The notes under the pieces were generated by a model. That model ran no database searches and was not told the origin of the DNA. It was given only the letters and a program-made list of their open reading frames with translations. Shown here piece by piece: positions 27,176 through 38,998 of a DNA stretch of 64,000 nt; position 1 is the stretch's first letter, and each line of letters opens with the position of its first letter. A program made the position numbers and the translations under genes. The stretch comes from Octopus vulgaris (lineage: Eukaryota). The stretch covers positions 93,434,001-93,498,000 of the forward strand of contig OX597814.1 in NCBI GenBank assembly GCA_951406725.2, read 5' to 3'.

Positions 27176-27749
27176 ATACATGTATACATACGCACATGCA
27201 TATATACATACATTTGAATATAAAAGATGTCTCAAACGATATGCCATGTTAAAATACAAGATATACATACTAAAATAAACACCATATACGACGCTATGCT
27301 ACAGAGTGGTTCCAGGGTACTTAATCAACAATTGAAATGTCATTAACTTCAGTATGTCAACAGTTTGTAAATATGTTTAGAAAAACATGCATCTGCATAA
27401 AGCAATACTCAGGTTACATACGTGCTAAGATTTAATTTTTTTTTTCTGCTTGGAGTCAGCTCGAACACAATGTTGAAGACTCTCTTTCCATAACGAAAAA
27501 CATCGAATTTTGTGGCGGTGAGTGACAACATTATCGTTCAAAGTCAATTTGTATGGAGCTTTTAGGTGTTGCTGCTGTGCATAAATATTCTTAGTTTTTA
27601 TTGTTCTAGCATCTCTTTAGTGCTGTCTACATTGCTGCCCATTATCAACAATTGGATATTTTCGCTGGTCTGACAAATTTATGAGAAATAGGAGGTGTGT
27701 GATGGTCTGTGGACTCGTACAATGGTGTAGTGTAACACATCAACTATTA

Positions 27750-28524
27750 TCTATATAATAATCTGTTTGTTCGTTCGCCCGTTATACTTTAGCTTGGTTA
27801 GAGAAGCGGAGGTGGAGTGAGAGGTGGAGTGAGTGAGAGATGGAAGTAGAGTGAGTGAGAGGTGGCGGTGGAGTGAGTGAGAAGTGGAGGTAGAGTGAGA
27901 GGCAGAGGTGGAGTGAGTGAGAGATGGAAGTAGAGTGAGTGAGAGGTGGCGGTGGAGTGAGTGAGAGGTGGAGGTAGAGTGAGAGGCAGAGGTGGAGTGA
28001 GTGAGAGATGGAAGTAGAGTGAGTGAGAGGTGGCGGTGGAGTGAGTGAGAGGTGGAGGTGGAGTGAGTGAGAGGTAGAGATGGAGTGAGTGAGAGGTGGA
28101 GGTGGAGTAAAAGTGAGAGAGAAAGTGGGAATGTGAATAGAAAAGAAAGGCGAGAAGAGTATAATAACACACTAAAGCCAAATGCATCATGTGGTTAGTT
28201 GAAGAGAGAGAAAAGAGCAAGAGAAAAAGACGGTGAGAGAAAAGTGGGAGAGAGAACTGTTAATGACGTGCTGTAGGGTGGGGGAGAAAGAGAGAAATAT
28301 TTAAGACACGAAGAGAGGAATTACATGGTTAAACAGTTTGTTGAAGAGGTAGAGAGGAAGAGAGAAATATAAAGTGCTTAGGAGAGGGAAATTTTAAAAC
28401 TATATGATAGACTATTGTGACTGGAAGTGAAATAACTTAGCAAAATAAAAATAGGAGAAAGGATTCCATTAGGTACTTCTATTTGATTTCTGCGTTTCAT
28501 GAAAACGGAAAACCAGATGCCTAG
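27750..28524 (+). mobile_element. Possible non-autonomous Helitron carrying a purine-rich minisatellite
   Basis: Starts A|TCTATATAATAA. Hairpin CGTTTCATGAAAACG lies before CTAG at 28521-28524, although the next base is C rather than T. Confidence 0.4.
27810..28110. repeat. Purine-rich minisatellite, about 22-bp monomers in an 84-bp higher-order unit
   Basis: GAGGTGGAGTGAGTGAGAGATGGAAGTAGAG recurs at 27821, 27905 and 27989. Confidence 0.9.
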
Positions 28525-29002
28525 CCTCTTAGACATGCCATCAGCATTTTTCAGGTTGTAACATAAGATTCTTTATCAACAATCTTATAAAAAAATTTGA
28601 CAAAATTAGGATGAACACAGTTAATCTTTGATCTAGGCAGCAGATTTGGTTGTGTTGTGGTAAGAGCTGTGTCGGACAGGTTCTTCTGTTATATGAATAC
28701 TCAGACCATAACACTTACAAAAGTATGTGAAAAGGAATTAGGAATTAGTGAAAAGGAATTAGTTCTGTCATTGTCACTACTGTAATTCTTAAACACAATG
28801 GGTGGGGGCAGGAACCTAAATTAATATAACTAAGTATATCGATCTTTGCGATATGGAAAGATGGCTCATCTGGAAAAGTTCTTTAGGCCCCGTTACATGT
28901 TTAAATTCAAGAACTGAATATTTTAGATCGTGTCCACATACGACAAAATACTTGTTTGAGTTCAAATCCCATCAAGGTCAGCTTTGCCTTTCATCACTGC
29001 TG

Positions 29003-29395
29003 AAATCTACAAGTTTTTGTCATTCTTCCTCTGTTTATTTTCTCTTTTGAAGAGCGTAGGCTCGAAACGTTTTCATTTTCCCCGAGCATCAAACTAATAT
29101 ACTTATTTCTTTTACTATCCACAAGGGGCTAAACACAGAGGGGACAAACAAGGACAGACAAACGGATTAAGTCGATTATATCGACCCCAGTGCGTAACTG
29201 GTACTTAATTTATCGACCCCGAAAGGATGAAAGGCAAAGTCGACCTCGGCGGAATTTGAACTCAGAACGTAACGGCAGACGAAATATGACTACGCATTTC
29301 GCCCGGCGTGCTAACGTTTCTGCCAGCTTGCCATACACTTGTTTGTTGTTCATACACCTGTCTTCGTCTTTTGTTTTTCTATAAATTTCAAGGAT
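29003..29395 (+). mobile_element. Probable PLE tail with HHR remnant, interrupted by a SINE
   Basis: CTTTTGA A GAGC-GTAG-GCTC GAAACGT at about 29044-29070 (stem II plus GAAA). Homologous to 16715-16880 on both sides of the inserted SINE. Confidence 0.55.
29105..29332 (-). mobile_element. SINE family A, young copy
   Basis: Nearly identical to 22212-22442. Confidence 0.9.
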
Positions 29396-29699
29396 ATATA
29401 AATAAATGTATGTAAGTATGTGTGTGTGTGCGTGTGTGCTTTTGTGTTTGTTCTCCATCTTTGCTTGACAAACGTTGATGGTTTGTTTGCGTACACGTAA
29501 AAAAGTGGACGGTAGAATAGGTACGAGACTTGAAAAGAAAAAAAAAGTACTGAGATTGATTTCTTAGACTGAACCCTTCGCGGTTTAAAGTAATAAATAA
29601 AAGCAATAAAGTAATAAATAAGTAATAAACAAGTAATAAATAAAATATTAAAGATACAGATATTTGTGAGCAACAAGAACCCAGCGTATATATGTAACA

Positions 29700-29852
29700 T
29701 CACCTTGAAGGAGGATTTTAGTGGAACAGATCACCCTACTCCCCAGTTTTTAAAGCCTGATACTTATTCTATGGTTCCCTTTAGCCAAACCAGTCGTCAA
29801 GCATTGTTGTAGGACAAACACAGAAAGAAAGGCACACGCACACACACACACG

Positions 29853-29943
<91 letters not shown>

Positions 29944-30110
29944 ACATACACACACGAAGGGCTTCCATACAGTTTCTGAACCAAATTCACACTCACAAGC
30001 ATTGGTCCGCCTGGGGTTATAGTTGAAGGCACTTTTTCAAGGTACGTCGCATTCAGTCTGAACCGGAAACTGCATGGTTGCAAAGCAAGCTTCTTGACCA
30101 CATAGTTAAA
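29700..30110 (-). mobile_element. SINE family B, degraded, with expanded (CA)n
   Basis: TACTTATTCTAT..GTCAAGC..(CA)n..CAGTTTCTG..CACTCACAAG. Confidence 0.65.
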
Positions 30111-30270
30111 CCTGGAGTAAAATCTTAGAATAAGCATGCATATCATGTAATCAACTTCTATTCCCAAAAGCATACCTAATCGTTATATCGCGGAAAACGA
30201 TGTAAATCAACAATATATGGAGCCGGATCATTCGAAAAACGAATATTACTTAATATAAGCATATATGCTA

Positions 30271-30485
30271 AAGCGGCGCGCTGGCAGAACCGTTAGCACG
30301 CCATGCAAAATGTTTAGGGGTATTTCATCTGTCTTTACGATCTGAGTTCGAATCCAGCCGGGGTCGACTTTGCCTTTCATCCTTTCGGTGTCGATAACAA
30401 AGTACCTGTCAAGTACTGGGGTCAATGTTATCGACTTAGTCACTCCATAAAACTTGTTGGCCTTGTGCCAAAATTTGAAACCAAT
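30271..30485 (+). mobile_element. SINE family A
   Basis: GCGGCGCGCTGGCAGAACCGTTAGCACG..GTCGACTTTGCCTTTCATCCTTTCGG. Confidence 0.88.
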
Positions 30486-31099
30486 AAATGCATATATACA
30501 GTAAACATGCACATTGTTGCATACATACATGTAAATGCGTGCACAATTGTAAATGCATACACGTACAAACAGGAACATGTGGTCAGCGCTTTAAAGAAAA
30601 CGGTAAGCTATCTGTAAGCAAGAAAATTACACACAAATTTCGATATATGTTCGAAGATATAACGACTTCAGTTACATTGCCTTTCCAATTCATTTTAAAT
30701 AGCAAAAGCATCATACAAACTGATTTTAACTTCATGCTGTACGCTTATATAATAAAAATTTTTTACTGTTGATTTCGGAGAATATATTACAAGATGTAAT
30801 CTGATTCTGGTAAAACATTAAGATATCAACTCATTAACTTCTTTGTATAGAAATATATAACGTGTGTGATAATGAAACATTATCTGAAAATAGTAAATGA
30901 ATCCTATTCTTCTTCACCGACACTTGGCAACACAATTCATCTGTCGTTTAACCTATATTCAGACACTTGAAAATCACTTAATCACGCTGTTGAACATAAC
31001 ATCAATTTTACTACTTACGCAAGCTTAGGTACGCTTGCAATACATACAGTTACTCAACGTTATGTTCTCTTTCGCTATTTAATTTAGAATAATTTTATC

Positions 31100-31520
31100 C
31101 AGCCGCCTACTTGGTCGCAAGGTTCTGAAGGAAAGCATCTTGTTTTAACCATCATCCATAAAATCTTAAGAAAGTCTTGCAGATTGTTGTAGTTCCAGAT
31201 ATCACGGTCATTTGTGGCGTATGAGTTAAGGATTTGCATTCTCTCCTTAAGATCCCAAATTCAGCCATGCTTTGCTCCAGATGGGTTGGAATGTATCCTG
31301 TTGCTCCAATAACAATGAATATGAAGCTGAAAGTGTATGTTGGGTACTGAATTTTCAAACTTCTTATCAATGGTTCATGGATGTCCCTTCCTCTTATTTT
31401 TCTAACCATATTCGTGTCCAGGGGGCAGCTGATTTCCAAAACTGAACACATATTTTCCTTGTAGTCCCATACAACAGTAACTGGCCGGTTGTGTTTTAAC
31501 TTGGTGGTTATCTTAATTCT
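31100..31520 (-). mobile_element. RLE-type LINE 3' fragment
   Basis: KHNRPVTVVWDYKENMCSVLEISCPLDTN..FIVIGATGYIP..VISGTTTICKTFLRF. Confidence 0.8.
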
Positions 31521-31544
31521 ATGTATGTGAGTCTCTTCTATTTT

Positions 31545-31980
31545 TTAATTATTACAAATTTTCCACTAAGGAGGGAGCCGGTTTCCAACAAAGATGCAAG
31601 GCTTGAAACTTGAGAAAAGTCTTGCATATTTTTACTGTTCCACTCACAGATTGCACTTGTAATATACGAATTAGCCAGTCGATTTCTCTTTCTAAAAATC
31701 CCAGTTTATCCAGATTCTCCTTTAAGCATTTACTAACAAACCCTAGTGCTCCAATTATTATTGGTATGAATATGAATCCATAGTCTTGATATAGAAGCTA
31801 GAGGTTTCGAAGAAGTTGCCCGTAGATATCCTCTTTTTCTTTGATTTTCAAAGAGATATTTATATCTACAGGGCAGCTGACCTCTATGAGGGTACATACC
31901 TTTGCCCTTCTATCACAAACAACAATATCCGATATGTTGTGTTTACATTTGACAGATGCTTTGATGGAAATATTCCACCA
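31545..31980 (-). mobile_element. RLE-type LINE 3' fragment, related subfamily
   Basis: WWNISIKASVKCKHNISDIVVCDRRAKVCTLIEVSCPVDINI..KEDIYGQLLRNL*..FIPIIIGALGFV..SVSGTVKICKTFLKF. Confidence 0.82.
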
Positions 31981-32529
31981 TGTATGTATGTATGTATGTA
32001 TGTATGTATGTATGTATGTATGTATGTATGTATGTATGTATGTATGTATGTATGTATGTATACATGTATGTATGCATGTATGTATGTACGTGTGTGTGTG
32101 TGTATGTATGCATGTACGTGTGTGTGTGTAAATACATGTGTATGTATACACTACGCTTGTGAAAACATTTAGATAAGTTTAAATATATTTGGCCTGTAAA
32201 AAACGCAGTGAAAATGGCTTCTGTACAGGGCAAATATGTTCCAAATACATTTGAACTGATACATGTATGTGTGGGTGGGTGCGTGTGTTTGAGTGTAAGG
32301 GTATTTTATTAAAAGTGAACGTTTAACTGAAGGTTGCGACACACACAGACATACAATACAACCCCATGTCCTTTATTTTTGTTTACCTAAGATTAATCAC
32401 TCGTTATCTACGTACATACACACCCACACCCACAAAAACACACACAAACACACACACATATGCACATATGTAATACATATATAACTGTTTGTAATCTTGA
32501 CAAGAAGTCAACAATTCTTAAGATTAGAG

Positions 32530-32708
32530 GGTGGTGTTACTCGACTACATCGACCAATGTACTAGACTGGTACTTTATTTAGCGACCCCGAAAGAATGAA
32601 AGGTAAATTCGGCCTTGGTGGTGCTCAAACTCAGAGCATAAAAAGCCGAAAGATAAGCTGCTAAGCATCTTGTGCAATGTGTTAACAATTCTGTCTGCTC
32701 ACTACCTT
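32530..32708 (-). mobile_element. SINE family A, degraded
   Basis: CTGGTACTTTATTTAGCGACCCCGAAAGAATGAAAGG. Confidence 0.7.
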
Positions 32709-33510
32709 ATATAATACATATGTAATATCAAAAATATAAACACATAACAATATACACGCATAGTAATATGTCATATTTAAAGTTTGGTGTTATTTCATGT
32801 CTATTTCTTTTAATGTTAATATTAAAATTCATCACGCGATAGGTGGGAATAAACTGCTGTTGAAGCTATGACATTTAACTGTAAGTTAAATTTGTTTCTA
32901 CATTTTTAATATATTGGAAAACAAAATCAAAATTGATGCTACGAAATCTTCTATCAGAAGATATGCAATTGCGTGAAATTTTCTTTCGTCAACACTCAAA
33001 TCCATATGGCTATAGATACGTAGTATAATTCTCTAAAAATGTTTCGAAAATGAAGATAGACTATGCATTATACGTTACAAATATCACTTGTGAATATGTA
33101 TGTTTTCATAACTTATCTTCGGACGTGATAGTGGTAGGGGTTTCTAGTGGTTCTCTTTGAAATCGACTAAAGACATACGCATTCATAAATACATACAAAC
33201 GTATAGTCATACAAGTATCTGTACATAAACATCATTTCTACAAACATATATGTGTACATATGTACACACATACAGAAAGGTCACGGATAATTAGAAAATT
33301 GTAATTACAAACCGTTAATGAAATTTAAAAGATTATAAAACGTTCCAGACATTTAACTTGTATCATGTGTACAAGTACACTTATTGACATACGAATATAC
33401 GTTTTTGTTACACACATACAAATTAAAACTTACGATTTTACGAACACAATGGTACGCATCTAGGCAAACAAACACACTCAAATGCAGTTACATATCTACC
33501 ATCATACATA

Positions 33511-34356
33511 CGATGAAGTACCCAAAAGTAACAAAAAACGTTCTCTGTGGGGGAAAACTCGTTGTAGTTAAGGCTCCCGCCGCTAGAAGCCACTTGATGT
33601 GACCTTCTGACATAAGTCTATCGACCGGCGTTGTGGGGTGACGTTGTACTGCCACTTAATACGTCTTTATCTTGCAGTGCTTCTCCCCTCTTCGTCGATT
33701 TTTGCAATGGCTGAAACGAAGGAACAGCATACTTCCGCGAAATTCTGTTTTCTGGTGGAGAAAACGGCGGCTGAAATAGTTGTCATGCTTCAGACAGCTT
33801 ACAAGGATGCTGCCATGAACAAAACACAAGTTCACGGTCACTTGTCGCTTGAAGACCCACATCGTTCAGGACGACCGCCGACTTCCCCGAACGAATGAGA
33901 ACATCACCGAATAATTGACAAACTTGTTGACATGATGGGTGTGTCCTGTAGCTCCTGCCAACGAATTTTGCACGAGGAATCGCGAATGAAAAAAGTTGCT
34001 GCAAAATTTGTGCCTCGCTTGCTCACGGAAGACCAAAAGTCACGACTGAATGCGTATCGTGAACGGAAAGAACAGTTGGAAGTTGATCCGGACCTTTTTT
34101 CGAAGGTCATCACGGGTGACGATAGCTGGCACTACGGAATTTGCAAATGTGAGAGAGGTGAAGAAAAAACAACAGAGGCGTTAAAAGGCATCACTTTATA
34201 AGAATTCCAGCACTGCTTCGAATATTGGAAAACGCACCCAGACCGATACATTGCATCAAACACAGATTACTTCGAAGGCGAAAAAAGTGTAAACATGTAA
34301 AACTAAGTGAATAAAATAATATTGTAAAATTCCGGTTTCTTTTGGTTACCTTCTCG
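33511..34356 (+). mobile_element. Mariner transposon, internally deleted
   Basis: Degenerate terminal inverted repeats (TA|CGATGAAGTACCCAAAAGTAAC and GTTTCTTTTGGTTACCTTCTCG). Transposase pieces MAETKEQ..KFCFLVEKTAAE..EDPHRSGRP, KKVAAKFVPRLLTEDQK..SKVITGDDSW, and C-terminal FQHCFEYWK..DYFEG. The rest of the catalytic core is missing. Confidence 0.88.
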
Positions 34357-35745
34357 AACATTCATTCATTCAAATATATATAAATGGTGGCTGTCAATTA
34401 GCAGACTAGTGCGACAATCACTGACAAATTATCTTATCCCAGCTGTTAAAGACACTGGCCGCCAGCAACGCTCGTGCTGACATCTAAAGTCAATATAACA
34501 CAGTGCACAACACCGCTAACACTCTTACCTTCGAAGACAAGTAGTCCAGAAACAAGCAAGAGCAAGATCACCAGCTTCGCAATGAGGCGTGTGCTATTTC
34601 AGACTTATATTCTCCTAGAGGGACGGCTAAACAAAAACTACATACATACATACATACTAACCATCAGGTTCAGGATTTGGAATTCTTTTAGCACGAACAT
34701 GCAAGTGTTCTAAAAACTATGAGAGCTCATCACTTCAGAGAAAAATAATGCATTTTTAATAATTCAAATTCGTTTTATACCACGCTATCCGTTTTAGATG
34801 TAGCACGAAAACGATTTCCTGTGGGTTTTGAAAGACTCCTTCAATGGACAGTTTCATATTTGAATACGGTTAAATTTTTGCGTGCGTGCAAGGCTATCCT
34901 CAACACTGACCTAAATTCTTATCCTAATTCCTATGAAAGCCCTTTGTTTACGTGTTGTTTCTTGGCTCTTTCTTTATCAGTCAGAAATTTGGAGAATGAA
35001 ACTTGAAGAACATACGCACATATACATACATACATACATACATACATACATGCATATATTCATTCAAACATACATAAATACATAAAAACCATACATGCAC
35101 ACACACGCACATACGCGCGCACACACACAAACACACATACTAACACACACACATATACATACAAACATATATACATAGAAACTCTACATAATGCATGCAT
35201 ATACGCATATATACAGACATACGTATATGTATTAATACAAACATACCTTCATATATGCTTACATACATGCATACATGCATACATGTATACACACATGCAT
35301 ACATGTATACATGTATACACACATGCATACATGTATACACACATGCATACATGTATACACACATGCTAACAAACATGCGAGCATTTCTTTCAAAATCAAT
35401 GAAAAAGAAAATTGTTACAAGCAACTGATTTTAAGCTTATAACGTTTCTATGTAGATTACAAATTTATACCTATAATATAATTTGTGCACTCAGCTTTGT
35501 TAGTATATACCTAAGTGGTAATCTCGAAAATCTAGCATTTTTAGCAAAGTGATTATCTAATACACATTTTACAAACGCGGTCCGTTAGAGGAACAATAAA
35601 AATATGCAAGATTTTTCAAAAGTTCAACATGTAATACATCGCTTTTGTTATTCAGAGCTTAGTAACGGAACTTCGTCTCTTTGATGGAAACCAACTCCTC
35701 CCATATATGAAATATTTCAATAGTTTGAAATAATATACATATATA

Positions 35746-35832
35746 GGCGCAGGTGTGGCTGTGTGGTAAGAAGCTTGCTTCCCAACCACATGGTTCCGGA
35801 TTCAGTCCCACTGTGTGACATATTGGGCAAGT
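35746..35832 (+). mobile_element. SINE family B head only
   Basis: GGCGCAGGTGTGGCTGTGTGGTAAGAAGC..TTGGGCAAGT. Confidence 0.8.
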
Positions 35833-36246
35833 ATATTAACACTGACTACAGAATTATAGTCTGATCTCTTGGAGTCATTACAGCTGTATCGTCCGGTGTA
35901 TTCTTTTTTTCCTAAGATGTCTGGTAGGATGTGATTCGAAGGAGATTTGGTTGCTATTTTCAGTGAGATCGAGGTGTCGTAGTGTATAGAATCTCCCTTG
36001 TAGGACTTTTAAACTAACCGACAAAAAAAAAACTTGAATCGAAACAGCTAAGAGTTTGCAATTAGATGCTATTAATGGAACTGAGAAAATATACAAAACC
36101 TATCCCGAAGTTTACCTTGTAATAAGTGCATATACATACATTTGTAGACATATAAATGTATGTATACACATATAGGAGTCAAAACATATAAACAGATGTA
36201 TGCATACACAAACATGAGTCAAGATGCAAAACAAATAAATAGATAT

Positions 36247-36656
36247 ACTCTTTTACTCTTTTACTCTTTTACTTGTTTCAGTCATTTGACTGCGGCCATG
36301 CTGGAGCACCGCCGTTAGTCGAGCAATTCGACCCCGGGATTTATTTTTTGTAAGCCCAGTACTTATTCTATCGGTCTCTTTTGCCGAACCGCTAAGTGAC
36401 GGGGACGTAAACACACCAGCATCGGTTGTCAAGCAATGCTAGGGGGACAAACACAAACACACACACATACACACACATATATATACATATATACGACAGG
36501 CTTCTTTCAGTTTCCGTCTACCAAATCCACTCACAAGGCATTGGTCGTCCCGGGGCTACAGCAGAAGACACTTGCCCAAGATGCCACGCAGTGGGACTGA
36601 ACCTGGAACCATGTGGTTGGTCAGCAAGCTACTTACCACACAGCCACTCCTGCGCC
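36247..36656 (-). mobile_element. SINE family B, full length, young
   Basis: Close reverse complement of 60938-61332, with a (GAGTAAAA)n-type tail. Confidence 0.92.
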
Positions 36657-37659
36657 ACAGATATATAAACAAATTGTGGCTGTCTTACTTCCAATGAAAG
36701 AAACATCTTGTGCCTGAGTTAGAAACCGGTTCTTTATGGGTAAGAAAATTAAACCGGAAAATATATTCACCCACACATATACTTACATTTGTACTATTCC
36801 TGAATGCGTTGTTTAATAACAGAATTTATAACAGAGAAATATTTTATTCCATTATTATAATGCTCTATTATATTATAGTGAAACCTTATCACTTGTTTCA
36901 ACAATCAGTTTTCTGATTGTACGATTGCTGTAGCTGTTTATTCATTGATATTAACAGGTAAGTGTACTCTTAACATCATTGTCAGTCTTGCGTACTCTTA
37001 TATTTTCAGACACGCGTACTTTTAACGTCATTTTCAGACACACGTACTCAATGAGAGCCAGTGTGACATAATGTAACAAGGCAGCCGCTTGCATATATCT
37101 GTCGTCCTTTCAGTTTCACTTATAAACTTCGTTTGACATGTGGCTCTGGGAAAAACCAAACAAAAAAAATGCTTGCATTCATGCATTTATGTACATGCTT
37201 AAATACATGCATACATATGTCAAGAAATAGAAATTATGCGCAGTAGATGAAATCAGTCGCTCATCATAATTTATTGTTAAAGATTGGTAAAAACGAATAC
37301 ATTTTCACCGAGGTGATTAGAAATATGTTATTATTCAATCCGATCCGGCCTATAGTTTAAGATTTTTACTGTTAATTATTAGTGTCATTGATTACGTAAC
37401 TAATTACCTTAGTATTAATCTTGAGATACTGAGTTTCACAAAACTACAAAGAACACAATATGAATATCACAGCCACATGGCATCAAAGGGACTGTGAAAA
37501 TATGTAAGACATTTAAGAAATTTAGCATGTAATAAGTACATATGTGCACACACTTATGTATAAGCATGCATGCTTATATACATACATACATGCTTATACA
37601 AAGAAACACGTTCACCCCGCCACCCCCCAAAATAAATGCAATCGTCCAAGCATGCCTCA

Positions 37660-37995
37660 TTGTATATTATGGCCTCAGGCTGACCAAAGCCTTGTGAGCG
37701 GATTTCGTACACGGAAACGGAAAGATAACTGTCGTACATATGTGTATATTAGTGCTCGCGCGCGCGTGTGTATGTGTCTGTCTGTTTCTGTGTGTGTATG
37801 TATTTGTACCACAAGCATTGCTTGACAACTAATGTTGCAGTGTTTACGTTCCCATAACTTAAAGGTTCGGCGAAAGACACTGATAAAATAAGTACTAGAC
37901 TCACAAAGAATAGATCGTGTGGTCGATTTGTTCGACCAACGGCAGTGCTCCAACATGGCCGCAATCACATAACTCAAACAAGTAAAACAATAAAA
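37660..37995 (+). mobile_element. SINE family B, degraded
   Basis: GACCAAAGCCTTGTGAG..GCATTGCTTGACAAC..GGCAGTGCTCCAACATGGCCGCA. Confidence 0.75.
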
Positions 37996-38121
37996 CAAAA
38001 ACTATGCCTTTTTATTTCCGAGTAAGCTCGTGTATCTCTAGTAGCATACATACATACATACATACATACAAATACATACATATACATAAATATATATATA
38101 TATATATATATACATATATAC

Positions 38122-38153
<32 letters not shown>

Positions 38154-38603
38154 TCTTCAGTTGGAACCCTTTACAATCTGTGTTCACGTTCATAAGGTCT
38201 CAGATCGATAAACTGGATAGCTATCGTTTGCAGTTTGAATGATTCACAACACAACTCCGCTACAATATGTGCCGCCTTGTCCTTAATGTTACAAATCAAT
38301 ATGCATACTTTTATTCCTTTGTACTGCTACTGATTTCAGTTCGTAGCAGCTGAGGCATTACTCTCGAAAGGTTTTAGTCGCTCTTATATCGACCGTCGTT
38401 CTCGTTTCAGTCTGGTACTTATTGTAAACATTGTCTGCTCTAATTTATGAAGTGACTAAGTACCATTTTAGGTAAGAAGCACAACAGCAAAAAACATTCA
38501 GCATACGCAAACACACATGTGTATATAGACATACATAGACACATTCATACATGCATACATACATACATACATACATACATACATACATACATACATACAT
38601 ACA

Positions 38604-38637
<34 letters not shown>

Positions 38638-38703
38638 CATACATACACACACACATACACACATACACACACACACACATATATATATATATACATGCAT
38701 ACA

Positions 38704-38737
<34 letters not shown>

Positions 38738-38756
38738 CATACATACATACATACAT

Positions 38757-38802
<46 letters not shown>

Positions 38803-38805
<3 letters not shown>

Positions 38806-38952
38806 AGAATTATTTGCGTCATAAGATAAAAAAACCAAGGCTGTGTAGATATTAGAGCATTTATAGATAGAAGGTCTTACAGCTGTTTCTAGGATATTTA
38901 TTAATTATATCTCTTCATCGGAGACAGTGTGAGAGGATAGTTAAGTCATAGT

Positions 38953-38958
<6 letters not shown>
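38803..38958 (-). mobile_element. About 155-bp HHR-bearing unit inserted in (TA)n
   Basis: Unique segment bounded by (TA)n on both sides; contains the HHR motif followed by an AT-rich tail. Confidence 0.65.
38874..38925 (-). ncRNA. Minimal type I hammerhead motif with one core mutation
   Basis: Minus strand GTCT CCGATGA AGAGATAT-AATTAATAA-ATATCCTA GAAAC AGCT GTA AGAC. Stem I GTCT/AGAC, palindromic AGCT loop III, GUA triplet, U4>C. Confidence 0.65.
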
Positions 38959-38998
<40 letters not shown>

